This document shows positions 1 through 10,315 of a stretch of DNA of 15,615 bases, in pieces. The notes below the pieces were generated by a model, which saw only the letters and a program-made list of their open reading frames with translations, had not been told where the DNA came from and searched no databases. Numbering within the stretch: position 1 is the first letter of the stretch; every line of letters starts with the position of its first letter. Both the position numbers and the translations under genes were made by a program. Source of the DNA: Octopus sinensis (Eukaryota); assembly GCF_006345805.1 (NCBI RefSeq), contig NW_021825458.1:1-15615 (forward strand). The letters are read 5' to 3'.

Positions 1-134
1 ATCGATACTTGGGTCATAATTATGGGTGACAATTTCATATGACACCGCTAGAAAAACTGCCGTTCAAACCGAAAAGATCCCCAAATCGCTTAAATTGTCT
101 TTCCATCGCCGTGGTAGCCTTTTCCAATGTCTTA

Positions 135-210
135 TATACACATGTACGTACGTACTTACATATATACATACATACGTACATACTTACATACGTACATACG
201 TACGTACGTA
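135..210. repeat. (TACA/TACG)n tetranucleotide microsatellite
   Basis: Direct reading: tacacatgtacgtacgtacttacatatatacatacatacgtacatac... Confidence 0.9.
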
Positions 211-1107
211 GTGTCGTAGCTTACAGTGAAGCAAAGGGAGCAACTGCTTCCCCCGAACGCATTTTTTAAAAATTGCCGCCTTTTTAGTTGTTAAATTTAA
301 TACATAAGGCCATTGTTACTGAAAAAGAAATTAATGAATGTAGAATACAATTGCAGCGTGGTAGGTGTTTATAAGCCATTTAAGAAACACACAAAACCCG
401 TTAGATTCACTTCAACATTTAAATTTAAGTTGTCAAAATATTTTCGTCGCTTTGAGACCGCGACCTGTTCACTGACAAAACTTCGTGTTGCATCACGAAG
501 AATATAATGTAGAATATAATTACGTATATTCCAACTAATGAAATATTTCGCCTTGTATAAGAAAAATTAATTTTAAATGTTTTAATATGTGTCGGAGCAT
601 TTTTTATGTGTTCGCTCCACCTAACTTTAGAACCTGAGTAAGCCTCTAAATGAATGTATGTATGTATAATATATGTTATATAACTATTATAATAAATGTG
701 TGTGATGTGGTAGTCGTGACATAAATCATGCGGTTGACTAACTTTTGTTTTTTGTGGTGGTTTTCATCTGTAGCTGTTTTTTGTAATCTAGTAATATGAG
801 ATGATATTAAGTGTAATAACTTTTATCTACCGGGAAAGCTTTGTGCGAGTTTCCAGTACGTAAAGCTGTTTCTAATTGCGTTACTGTGTGATTATTACGA
901 ATTTTGCGAGTGTCCTCGCTGTTCACACAGTTTAAAACCTGACTGAAGGACAAATTGCTGTAAACAAAGAAGACAGATTTTTATGGTGCCTGAGAAGCTA
1001 AATGAGCGGTTTATGAACGAATAAATAATTATGACGAAACAAAACAAAACCCTAAAAAGATGAAAGGGAAAAGGAAAGGCAAAGGAAAACATACATACAT
1101 GTGCCTA

Positions 1108-1365
1108 TACTCCTCTCCCCCCACAACTCATCTTCCTATCTCCCCCCTTCCCTCCATCCACCCATGTTCACCACTCACTGCATTCCCGTCACCCCTCTCT
1201 CTCACTTTCCTTTCACACTCTCGTAAGTCTCTCTCCCCAACAATTCATCTTCCTAGCCACCTCCCCTCAATTTGCCTTCACTCACTGCATTCCCCTCCGC
1301 ACCACCTCCCACTCTTGTTTCACTCTCTTGTGATCTTACCTGCCCACTCACCCTACTTTTGTTAA
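1108..1365. repeat. Pyrimidine-rich low-complexity tract with a degenerate internal duplication
   Basis: C/T-rich. The motifs ctctcccc..caa.tcatcttccta (~1113 and ~1231) and cactcactgcattccc (~1172 and ~1279) each occur twice. Confidence 0.6.
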
Positions 1366-1464
1366 CATATTTTCCACTTAAACGTGGCTAACCCTTAAGG
1401 GTTGATGCTACTGTACCTTGTAGCTCCAGGAAGATATCTCTTCCAGCTGGCTATTGACACCTTC

Positions 1465-1500
<36 letters not shown>

Positions 1501-1742
1501 GCACGTAAAAAACACCAACTGACTGTAGCCGTTGCCAGCCTCCCCTGGCACTTGTGCCGGTGGCACGTAAAAAGCAACCACTACACTCACGGAGTGGTTG
1601 GCATTAGGAAGGACATCCAGCTGTAGAAACACTGCCAGATCAGACTGGAGCCTGGTGCAGCCTCCTGGCTTCCCAGACCCCAGTCGAACCGTCCAACCCA
1701 TGCTAGCATAGAAAACGGATGTTAAACCATGATGATGATGAT
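1501..1742 (+). mobile_element. (GAT)n-tailed retroposon 3' fragment, probably derived from an RTE-clade LINE 3' UTR
   Basis: Ends gtccaacccatgctagcatagaaaacggatgttaaaccatgatgatgatg. The same body (ttaggaaggacatccagctgtagaaac, cagactggag) recurs at ~6670, ~10491, ~12056 and ~14464. Preceded by (TG)n(TA)n at 1465-1500. The RTE assignment is inference. Confidence 0.8.
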
Positions 1743-3120
1743 ATATATAATAATATATATATATATATATATACGTATGTATGCATGTATATATATATAT
1801 ATATGTATGTATGCATGTATATATATATATATGTATGTATGCATGTATATATATATATATATATATGTATGTATGCATGTATATATATATATATATATAT
1901 GTATGTATGCATGTATATATATATATATGTATGTATGCATGTATATATATATATATGTATGTATGCATGTATATATATATATGTATGTATGCATGTATAT
2001 ATATATATATGTATGTATGCATGTATATATATATATATGTATGTATGCATGTATATATATATATGTATGTATGCATGTATATATATATATATGTATGTAT
2101 GCATGTAATATATATATATGTATGTATGCATGTATATATATATATGTATGTATGCATGTATATATATATATATGTATATGCATGTATATATATATATGTA
2201 TGTATGCATTGTATATATATATATATGTATGCATGTATATATATAATATGTATGTATGCATGTATATATATATATATATGTTGTATGCATGTATATATAT
2301 ATATATGTATGTATGCATGTATATATATATATATGTATGTATGCATGTATATATATATATATGTATGTATGCATGTATATATATATATATGTATGTATGT
2401 ATGCATGTATATATATATATATGTATGTATGTATGCATGTATATATATATATATGTATGTATGTATGCATGTATATATATATATATGTATGTATGTATGC
2501 ATGTATATATATATATATATGTATGTATGTATGTATGCATGTATATATATATGTATGTATGTATGCATGTATATATATGTATGTATGTATGCATGTATAT
2601 ATATATGTATGCATGTATGCATGTATATATATATGTATGCATGTATATATATATGTATGCATGTATATATATATGTATGCATGTATATATGTATGTATGT
2701 ATATATGTATGTATGCATGTATATATATATGTATGTATGTATATATATATGTATGTATATATGTATATATGTTTATATATATATGTATGTATGTATGTAT
2801 ATATGTATGTATGCATGTATATATATATGTATGTATATATGTATATATGTTTATATATATATGTATGTATATATGTATGTATGCATGTATATATATATGT
2901 ATGTATATATGTATATATGTTTATATATATATGTATGTATATATGTATATATATATATGTATGTATTTATATATATATATATGTATATATATATATGTAT
3001 GTATTTATATATATATATGTATATATATATATATGTATGTATTTATATATATATATGTATATATATATATATGTATGTATTTATATATATATATGTATAT
3101 ATATATATGTATGTATATAT
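1743..3120. repeat. ~1.4-kb compound (TA)n/GTAT/GCAT satellite
   Basis: The unit (TA)nTGTATGTATGCATG repeats to ~2720, followed by 70-bp (2811/2881) and 38-bp (2961, 2999, 3037, 3075) higher-order units. Confidence 0.97.
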
Positions 3121-4088
3121 AAATCCTTAAATCCTTAACAATGTTTTAGCCTGAAGGCCGCGGCCATGCTGGGGCACTACCGCTGAATGAGCTACACTAA
3201 TTGTGAATCCACCTCTGATACGTGGCACTTGATCAACAAGGGATTCGATGCTGCTGCCCGCATCCGCGTCTCCTGTGTGAGGTAGGTTCATCTGGGACTC
3301 CCAACAAGAGAGATCCAGTTTAGTTTTAAAGAAACCCACATCCACACCATGGTAAGTCTCTCAGGCATTTAGGGAGGATGTTAAAGAGCTGTGGTCCTCT
3401 GAACCCAAGTTTGTAGTATCTGGACCTGTACTTTGATGGTGATGTTGGAATCCTTGGCACCACGCATCGGCGCCCCATTCTGCGGTTGGGGTAACTTTGA
3501 ATGGCCAAAGTTTGGGACAAACCCTCCAGGATTTTCCAGATGTATATCACCGCATATCTCTATCTCTCCCCCTCCTCCGCTCTAGGGAGGAGAGGTTTAA
3601 ATACCTTCAGTCTTTCCCAGTAGCTGATATTTTGCATTGAGACGATTCTCTTTGTGTAGCTTCTCTGAATTGCTTCGAGTTCTGCTGTTAGTTTTATATT
3701 GGGTGGTGACCACAGTTGGGAGCAGTAGTCCAAGCGGCTGAGGACGAATGTTTTCCATAGGACCATCAGTGTCTCCTTCTCTCTTGCTCTGAAAGTTCGG
3801 AGAATCCATCCAGCTAGCTGTCTGCATTTTATCACCAGATTAGCAATATGCACTTGGAAAGATGCATCATTGCTCATGTCAATGCCCAGGTCATGCACTG
3901 ATTTTGACTCAGGGATTGCAATTCTTCCTGGGCCAGTGTATCCAGTCTTCACGTCGTTTACCTTTGTGTGCCAGTAGCACAAGGCCTGGAACTTACCTGC
4001 ATTAAACTGCATGTTGTTGTCCTCAGCCCACCTGTATATTGTGTCCAGCTCACGTTGCAGATGCGCAATATTTTCAGGGTTTTGTATA
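3121..4088 (-). mobile_element. 5'-truncated CR1/L2-group LINE: ORF2 C-terminal (post-YADD/thumb) region, 3' UTR and tail; pseudogenised
   Basis: ORF 3560-4105 reads LQRELDTIYRWAEDNNMQFNAGKFQ...DLGIDM...HI...GWILRTF...LSRLDYCSQLWSP...LEAIQRSYTKRI...SYWERLK. It continues after frameshifts in ORFs 3326-3550 (IYIWKILEG...FRGPQLFNILPKCLRDL) and 3127-3345 (FKTKLDL). Tandem tail (AAGGATTT)x2 at 3121-3136. Confidence 0.9.
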
Positions 4089-4216
4089 TGTATGTATATA
4101 TACATGTATATATATATATATATATATATGTATATGTATGTGTATATATATATTTATATATATATATATATATATAACCCATGCTAGCATAGAAAGCGGA
4201 CGCTAAACAATGATGA

Positions 4217-4259
<43 letters not shown>

Positions 4260-4280
4260 TATATACACATATATATATAC
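4085..4280. repeat. (TA)n/(TACA)n microsatellite containing a 45-bp retroposon tail stub
   Basis: TA runs flank aacccatgctagcatagaaagcggacgctaaacaatgatgatgat (4176-4220), which is the extreme 3' end of the GAT-tailed family. Confidence 0.85.
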
Positions 4281-4811
4281 ACATATAAAAACAGATGAGT
4301 GGTACAACAAGGTACCAATATTTACTGGAAAATAGCAATCGATACAAATATGATGCTATTGTATAGCTTCACTGTGTATATACTAGCAAAGATGTGTGTG
4401 CGTGCAACAAGCATGAAAAAATTTGTCCTACCTCTAGGAAGAACATTCAATAAATGGACAACCTAGAATTGGATAATGCAGGACTGGTTTCTGACTCTTC
4501 AAATACGTTTGACAATGTAAATTTGATCAGTCTTCATCAGGTGCATTTACCTAGACAATATTTCAAATGTTACCACATCAATGCCAGTATACTCGCCTGA
4601 ATGCCTAGCTGTTAACAGAACGAGAACAGGGAAAAAGTTTTCAATGAAAAATAATAATGTAATACAAATGTATTACTTTCCAGTAAAATAAAGCCCAATA
4701 AGGGTAGAATTATACATATAAAAACAGATGAGTGGTGCAACAAGGCACCAATATTTACTGGAAAATAGCAATCGATACAAATACAACACTATTGTATAGC
4801 TTCACTGCGTA
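4281..4811. repeat. 98-bp direct repeat pair (4281-4378 and 4714-4811)
   Basis: Manual ungapped alignment gives 91/98 identical. Confidence 0.92.
4551..4608 (-). other. Candidate 58-nt internal exon of an unidentified host gene
   Basis: Minus strand: polypyrimidine tttttccctgttctcgttctgttaacAG | exon | AG/GTAAAT donor. One frame is open (xRHSGEYTGIDVVTFEILSx). No homology recognised. Confidence 0.3.
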
Positions 4812-4813
4812 TT

Positions 4814-4848
<35 letters not shown>

Positions 4849-5164
4849 GTATGAGAGAGAGAGAGAAAGGAGGGTTGAGGTACAAGATGAAAAGATGAAT
4901 ATGAAAGATAGAATAGGGTAGACAAACAGAAAGGTGGATGGGTAGGTAATTGTGCTGGAGTGAGAGTTGTATGACAAGAGATTAGGGATAGGGAATGAGT
5001 TGCACCCAGAGAATACTAATTCAGGAGAAGTGAAGAAAAGAAATATGGTACTGCAGAAGACCCGATGGAAGAATGGGTGTTAAAAGATAGGTTTTGCTGG
5101 ATGGCTTTAAGGCTTGACAGAATCTCAGTTTTACTGAGATGGACAGGTCTTCTCAAGCATAGCA

Positions 5165-5299
5165 TATTTATTTCTTTATTGCCCACAGGGGGCTAAACAT
5201 AGAGGGGACAAACAAGGACAAACAAGGGGATTAAGTCGATTATATCGACCCCAGTGATTTACTGGTACTTATTTAATCGACCCCGAAAGGGTGAAAGGC
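5165..5299 (-). mobile_element. 5'-truncated SINE, same family as 15068-15380
   Basis: The reverse complement (ggggtcgattaaataagtaccag...cactggggtcgatataatcgacttaatcc...gtttagcccc.tgtggg..aataaagaaata) matches 15246-15378. Confidence 0.88.
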
Positions 5300-5381
5300 G
5301 TCATTCTTCACAGTTCCCCCCATCATCTGCTCTCAGAGATTCAACATCTTGAGGTCAATCTTTACCACTGCATCCACTATT

Positions 5382-5638
5382 CACTGGCTTGGGAACGAAA
5401 TTTGCTCAGGGAGTGCAAACCCAGGTCCCAAAACTTTTACAACCAAGGTCTTATTGTTTTTTTTTTTATTTATTTTTGTTCTTTGTGAAGAAACCTAACT
5501 TCAAGCTACTTGGTACAGATCACTTTTTACTCAATTTTCTAAACCTGAGAAAAGTAGGGGTGCAAATTTTGATTTTGCACCCGACAAAAATTCTTGTGGG
5601 GTGGGGTACACTTGCACCCACTGTTTCCAGGGCCCATG
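5382..5638. mobile_element. Possible degenerate MITE
   Basis: Weak terminal inverted match (cactggcttgggaac / gtttccagggcccatg). Perfect 9-bp internal stem gggtgcaaa-7nt-tttgcaccc at 5558-5582. Confidence 0.3.
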
Positions 5639-6001
5639 CCACTATTCCTCCACTACCCCACCTCTCCCTCTCTCTCTCACACGCACACACACCATTCACT
5701 CTCCACTACCTCTCCATTTGGAATGCTCTAACAGCATTCATACCCTACTCTTCCTCTTTCCCCTATATCTATGGTAACTTCTAGCCATTTTCTCTCTCTC
5801 TCTCTCTCTCCCTCTCTCTCACTATATTTACCACTGCCCCCCACCCACTGCCATATTTTCTCTCACTACCCTTTCCCAACACCTTCTCTGCCCCTCAACA
5901 TCCTTTCTCATTTTACCTCTTCTTTTCTAACCTACCCTGCACCTTCCTTTCCTTCAACAACCCTTTCGAGATTCCTCACCATCCCAGTTTATTACTCCCT
6001 T

Positions 6002-6301
6002 CCCCTTAACACCTTGTTAGACACAAACATAAAATGTCCCCTTCTTTGTAAATGGCTAATTAATTACATCTGAAATAAAAGTACAACTCTCAGGCACTGG
6101 CATGTGATTATCTTGGCTCTTTGATCCTTCGGTTTCCTTTTTCTAAAGAATAAAGTTAGTGACCATTGTTTTAGAGGAGCGAAATAAATCACCAAAAAAC
6201 AATTAAATTTTATTGCTTTGCTGTAAATAATTTGCTTTCTTCTTTTTTATGCAACTTTCCACAAACAGACCAGAACTTCTGGTTTGGTTAGAAACAAACG
6301 C
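6002..6301 (+). repeat. Left arm of a ~300-bp inverted repeat
   Basis: Reverse complement of 9910-10211, with about 17 substitutions and one 2-bp indel by manual alignment (~94%). TTAA at 6006-6009. Confidence 0.95.
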
Positions 6302-6669
6302 CCTCAAAATATGTGCCATCCATCCATGCTCACTCTTATAATATAGGTTAATCCTTGACTTTCCTCATCTACGAAACCCACCCTCCCTATTGTCTTCTCT
6401 GTCTCCCTCACTCTTCTCTCTTTTCTAAATAACCCCTGACCCTAATCCTTTCTCTTTCCCACTTCTTTGCCATATTCCTTCCCCCAAACACCCTCCACTC
6501 TGTTACTCATCCCACAAGGTTCTCTATCACTAATATAAATCTGTTCCTCTCATTTTATTCACCGTCCCTTGTCATTCCACATAGAATAATCACAAATCAC
6601 ACCTTCTCTCTTCTATTCTGCCCCCCAATCCCCGCTGTTTATAAGGGCCACTCAGTCTTGCAAGTTCTT

Positions 6670-6846
6670 CACAGGTGCTGGTATACTGAGTACATGTTAT
6701 TGTGGGTGCCTGATGTTAGGAAAGGCAACCAGCCATAGATGCTATGCCAAAGCAGACACAGGGGCAATGTAGTATGGAACTTTTCCAACCCATATCCGTA
6801 TGGGAGACTACATTAAATTAGGAGGAAGTTGAAAATGATGATGATG
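6670..6846 (+). mobile_element. Old, diverged GAT-tailed retroposon 3' fragment
   Basis: gatgttaggaaaggcaaccagccatagat...ttccaacccatatccgtatgg...atgatgatgatg resembles 1600-1740. Confidence 0.55.
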
Positions 6847-6878
6847 AGGCATGTGAGAGATAGATAAATAGATAGCTG

Positions 6879-6948
6879 TATACATACATACATGCAAATA
6901 TACGTACATACATACATACATACATACATATATACATACATACATACA

Positions 6949-6982
<34 letters not shown>

Positions 6983-7009
6983 CATACATATATCATGCAT
7001 ATATATATA
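6879..7009. repeat. (CATA)n microsatellite
   Basis: Direct reading. Confidence 0.95.
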
Positions 7010-7169
7010 CACTAGCATAGCTAGCTGGGCAGTAGAGGCAGTCTGCTCCAGGCAGCACTTTTAAAAGGACACCACTTTTGGGTCTGCTGTAGGTAATGTG
7101 TGTTTTTTGTGGGATCCAGGGATGGCAAACAGAAGACTACCCCAGGTGGCATACACTCTAGCTACACTA

Positions 7170-7172
<3 letters not shown>
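7010..7172. mobile_element. 163-bp MITE with 15-bp terminal inverted repeats
   Basis: cactagcatagctag (7010-7024) versus the reverse complement of ctagctacactagtg (7158-7172): 13/15 match. Embedded in TA-rich microsatellite. Confidence 0.65.
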
Positions 7173-7220
<48 letters not shown>

Positions 7221-7623
7221 TAGTTATTGCCAGCTAACATGGCAGTCCAGAAAAATAGGACAAATGCTGCTGTTGATTAGCTCCAAGAGGCCATCATAGC
7301 CTCTAGCTAGCTATGTGACAACTATTAATATCCAGTACTGCTGCCATAGTCTCCTTTAGAGACACTTATAAATATTAATATTTCTATTTACACACACACA
7401 CATAGATATATACTGGATGTAACAGCAAAATTGTCATGTTCACAAATTCTTAAAATTTCTTAAAACCAATAAACAAATCAATTTGCAATTTTCCATTTTT
7501 CCAGGTAAGACCTCTGGTGATACCAACACCAGTTTTTGTAAGGTTTAGCAAAATACACATTGAGATTTCGTTTTTGGATTTGGTTTGCAAGATTCTTTAT
7601 ATGAGTTCATGTGTCAAAGCATA

Positions 7624-7838
7624 TTCTGTTGTGTCTGGGGAGAGTCATTTTCTTTTTGTGCCTTATAATGTAACACACTCACCAGTAAAATTTCCACTTA
7701 TTTCTTATTTTTATTTTCCTAAAATTTTCGTTGCATCTTGCAACCTTTTCAATAGTCTTGACTCTTGGAAATTTTACCGGTGAGTATGTTACATTATAAG
7801 GCACAAAAAATAAATGTCTCTCCCCAGACACAACAGAA
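7624..7838. repeat. 73-bp inverted repeat (hairpin) with 69-bp spacer
   Basis: 7624-7696 versus the reverse complement of 7766-7838: 68/73 identical. Confidence 0.95.
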
Positions 7839-7910
7839 CACATTGAGATATTTAGCTAGAAAGAGAATAGGTTGAAATCACTTTGTGTCAGCCTCATCAT
7901 ATCTTCCCAA

Positions 7911-8833
7911 ATGAGCAATGGTGAGAAGGCTAAGATCATTCATGCCTTCAGTAGTGGCACCAACATTCATTCTCTGGTTTCCATCTTCAAAGTCCATTCA
8001 AGGACCATCAAGAGAATCGTGAATAAGTTTGAGAAAGAGGAAATATTGGTGAGGAGAACTGGATCAAGAGGTCATAGCTGCAAGAGAGATTATCATTACA
8101 ATCTGGAGCTGAAGAGATCAATCAGAAAGGATCCAACTTAATCCATAAGGTGTCTGGTACATAAGAGAGGAGTTTTGACTATGAAAGTTCCATGAGTGGT
8201 GATGGAAGACTTGAAAATGAAATCATGCTGAGACCTGTGAGGTACCTTATTGCTTCAGGACAAAAGGTTAGAAGGTTGGAGAGAGTGAAGATAATCTTGA
8301 ACAAAGTGAAACATAATCCTGGGGAGACGTTTTACATAGATGAGAAGAAGATATGCACACAAACAAACGAAGCAGCCATGTTCTGGTTTCACCTCTTTAT
8401 GACAGCCAAAAACGTCATTTTCAGGTGTAAAACCCCTGCCAAGATGATGATTTTCACCTGTGTGGCCTGTGATGACAAGAAGATGCCTTTGATCATCTTT
8501 GAGAAGGCTGAGAGACTGGCAGGAATTTGTTATGTTCAGATTTTGAAAGATATAAAGACCTGGATTCTTTCTGAATATCATGAGACAGGAGACAAAAGAA
8601 ACCCCAACAAGATCGTTAAGAACTTCAAGTTTACATTCCAGCCAGATGGGGCTCCTTGTCATACAAGTGCAGTGGCTCAACAATTTCTCAGGAATGAGTT
8701 TGGGAACAGGTTTGGGGATAAGGACACTTGATTCCCTTCATCACCTGATTTGAACCCTTTAGACTTCAGCATCTGGAATGAACTGGTTACAAAAGCTTGT
8801 GAGAAGCCTCACAGTAACCTGCAAGCCCTCAAA
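7911..8833 (+). pseudogene. Tc1/mariner superfamily transposase remnant (maT/DD37D-like; D-38-D spacing in this copy)
   Basis: N-terminal HTH-like MSNGEKAKIIHAF...RTIKRIVNKF...IRKDPT*SIR...VVMEDLKMKS, then a frameshift near 8225 to ...RRLERVKIILNK..FYIDEKK..KKMPLIIF..FQPDGAPCH..*FPSSPDLNPLDFSIW. Asp codons at 8339, 8645 and 8762; stops at 8139, 8193 and 8729. Possible left end TA|CTGGATGTAACAG at 7411-7425. No right TIR found. Confidence 0.92.
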
Positions 8834-8868
8834 TACTCGAACCGTAGGATGAAGGAGGCAGATATTGA

Positions 8869-9800
8869 TACATACACAAGCACAAATGTATGGACACGGA
8901 CACACACAAACATACATGCAAACACACACATACAAACACTCGTGCCAACACACACATACATACACAAGCACATCTGTTCATACACATGCACACGTAAAAC
9001 ACTCGCGCAAACGCATACACATACATACACAAGCATATATGTACGCGCACACACCTACACATACATACACAAGCACATGTACACACTCCCACACACATTC
9101 ACACACACACATGCAAACACATAAACACACACACGCAAACACACACACATACATATGCAAGCACATATGTACACACACACACATACACATACACACATGC
9201 ACGCAAACATGTACACACATGCACAAACACACACTTATACATACATATACAAGAACATATGTATACACACACATATGCAAGCACATATGTACACACACAC
9301 ACATACATACACATACACACATGCATGCAAACACACACACACACATGCAAACACATGTGCAAACACACACTTACACATACATATACAAGCACATGTACAC
9401 ACGCACACACATACAAACACACAAACACACACTTACACATACAAACACATATGTACACGCACACACACACGTGTGCATGCAAACACAGACACACATACAA
9501 ACGCACAAACACACACACATACATATACAAGCACATATGTACACACACACACAGATACATGCGTGCACGCGAACACAGACACACAGACAAACACACATGC
9601 AAACACACATTTATACATATATATATACAAGCACATATGTACACACACACACACACACACATATGCACACACATACACACACACATACAAACACACACAT
9701 ACATGCGTACACGCAAACACACACACATACATATACAAGCACATATGTACACACACACGCACATACACGTGTACACACAAACACACACATACATACACAT
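8869..9800. repeat. ~930-bp CA-rich cryptic minisatellite
   Basis: Recurring motifs acatacatatacaagcacatatgtacacacac and atgcaaacacacac within (CA)n. Confidence 0.95.
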
Positions 9801-9909
9801 ATGAAGAAACAAATACAAAGACAAAGACTGTAAAACAATCATTTCTAAAAGTAATTTCCCATTTTCCCATTATTCACCTTGAACCATCATACCATTATAT
9901 CATTTGGGT

Positions 9910-10211
9910 GCGTTTATTTCTAACCAAACCAGAAGTTCTGGTCTATTTGTGGAAAGTTGCATAAAAAAGAAGAAAGCAAATTATTTACAGCAAAGGAATA
10001 AAATTCAATTGTTTTTTTTGGTGATTTATTTCACTCCTCTAAAACAATGGTCATTAACTTTATTCTTTAGAAAAAGGAAATCGAAGGATCACAGGGCCAA
10101 GAGAATCACATGCCAGTGCCTGAGAGTTGTACTTTTATCTCAAATATAATTAATTAACCATTTACAAAGAAGGAGACATTTTATGTATATGTCTAACAAG
10201 GTGTTAAGGGG
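9910..10211 (-). repeat. Right arm of the ~300-bp inverted repeat
   Basis: See 6002-6301. TTAA at 10204-10207. Confidence 0.95.
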
Positions 10212-10315
10212 GCGAAAAAAGATCAGTTGTCTTTAGGCGTTCTTTTGATTTATGATCACAAGAGTGAAAGTAATTTGGTTTGTAAAACCGTTTGGCAATT
10301 TCTGTAAATCTTCGT

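Noticed and set aside
1-645. CpG-containing stretches (1-120, 395-490) and MITE-like ends (agtgtcgtagct at ~210, cctgagtaagcctct at ~633)
   Set aside because: They look like interspersed-repeat fragments, but the putative TIRs match poorly (~6/10) and no family can be supported without a library search.
1390-1403. 14-bp perfect palindrome aacccttaagggtt centred on TTAA
   Set aside because: Reminiscent of collapsed piggyBac-type ends, but too short to distinguish from chance.
1408-3138. Long ORFs of 288-469 aa on both strands (YIYM/HTYI-type)
   Set aside because: They are translations of the TA/GTAT satellite, which lacks stop codons by composition. They are not genes.
7214-7330. 11-bp inverted match tattaatagtt / aactattaata
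   Set aside because: AT-rich and short, with weak extension. Likely chance.
8759-9964. Many overlapping His/Thr- or Cys/Val-rich ORFs
   Set aside because: Translations of the CA-rich minisatellite. Only the first ~28 codons of ORF 8750-9124 are real (transposase C-terminal part).
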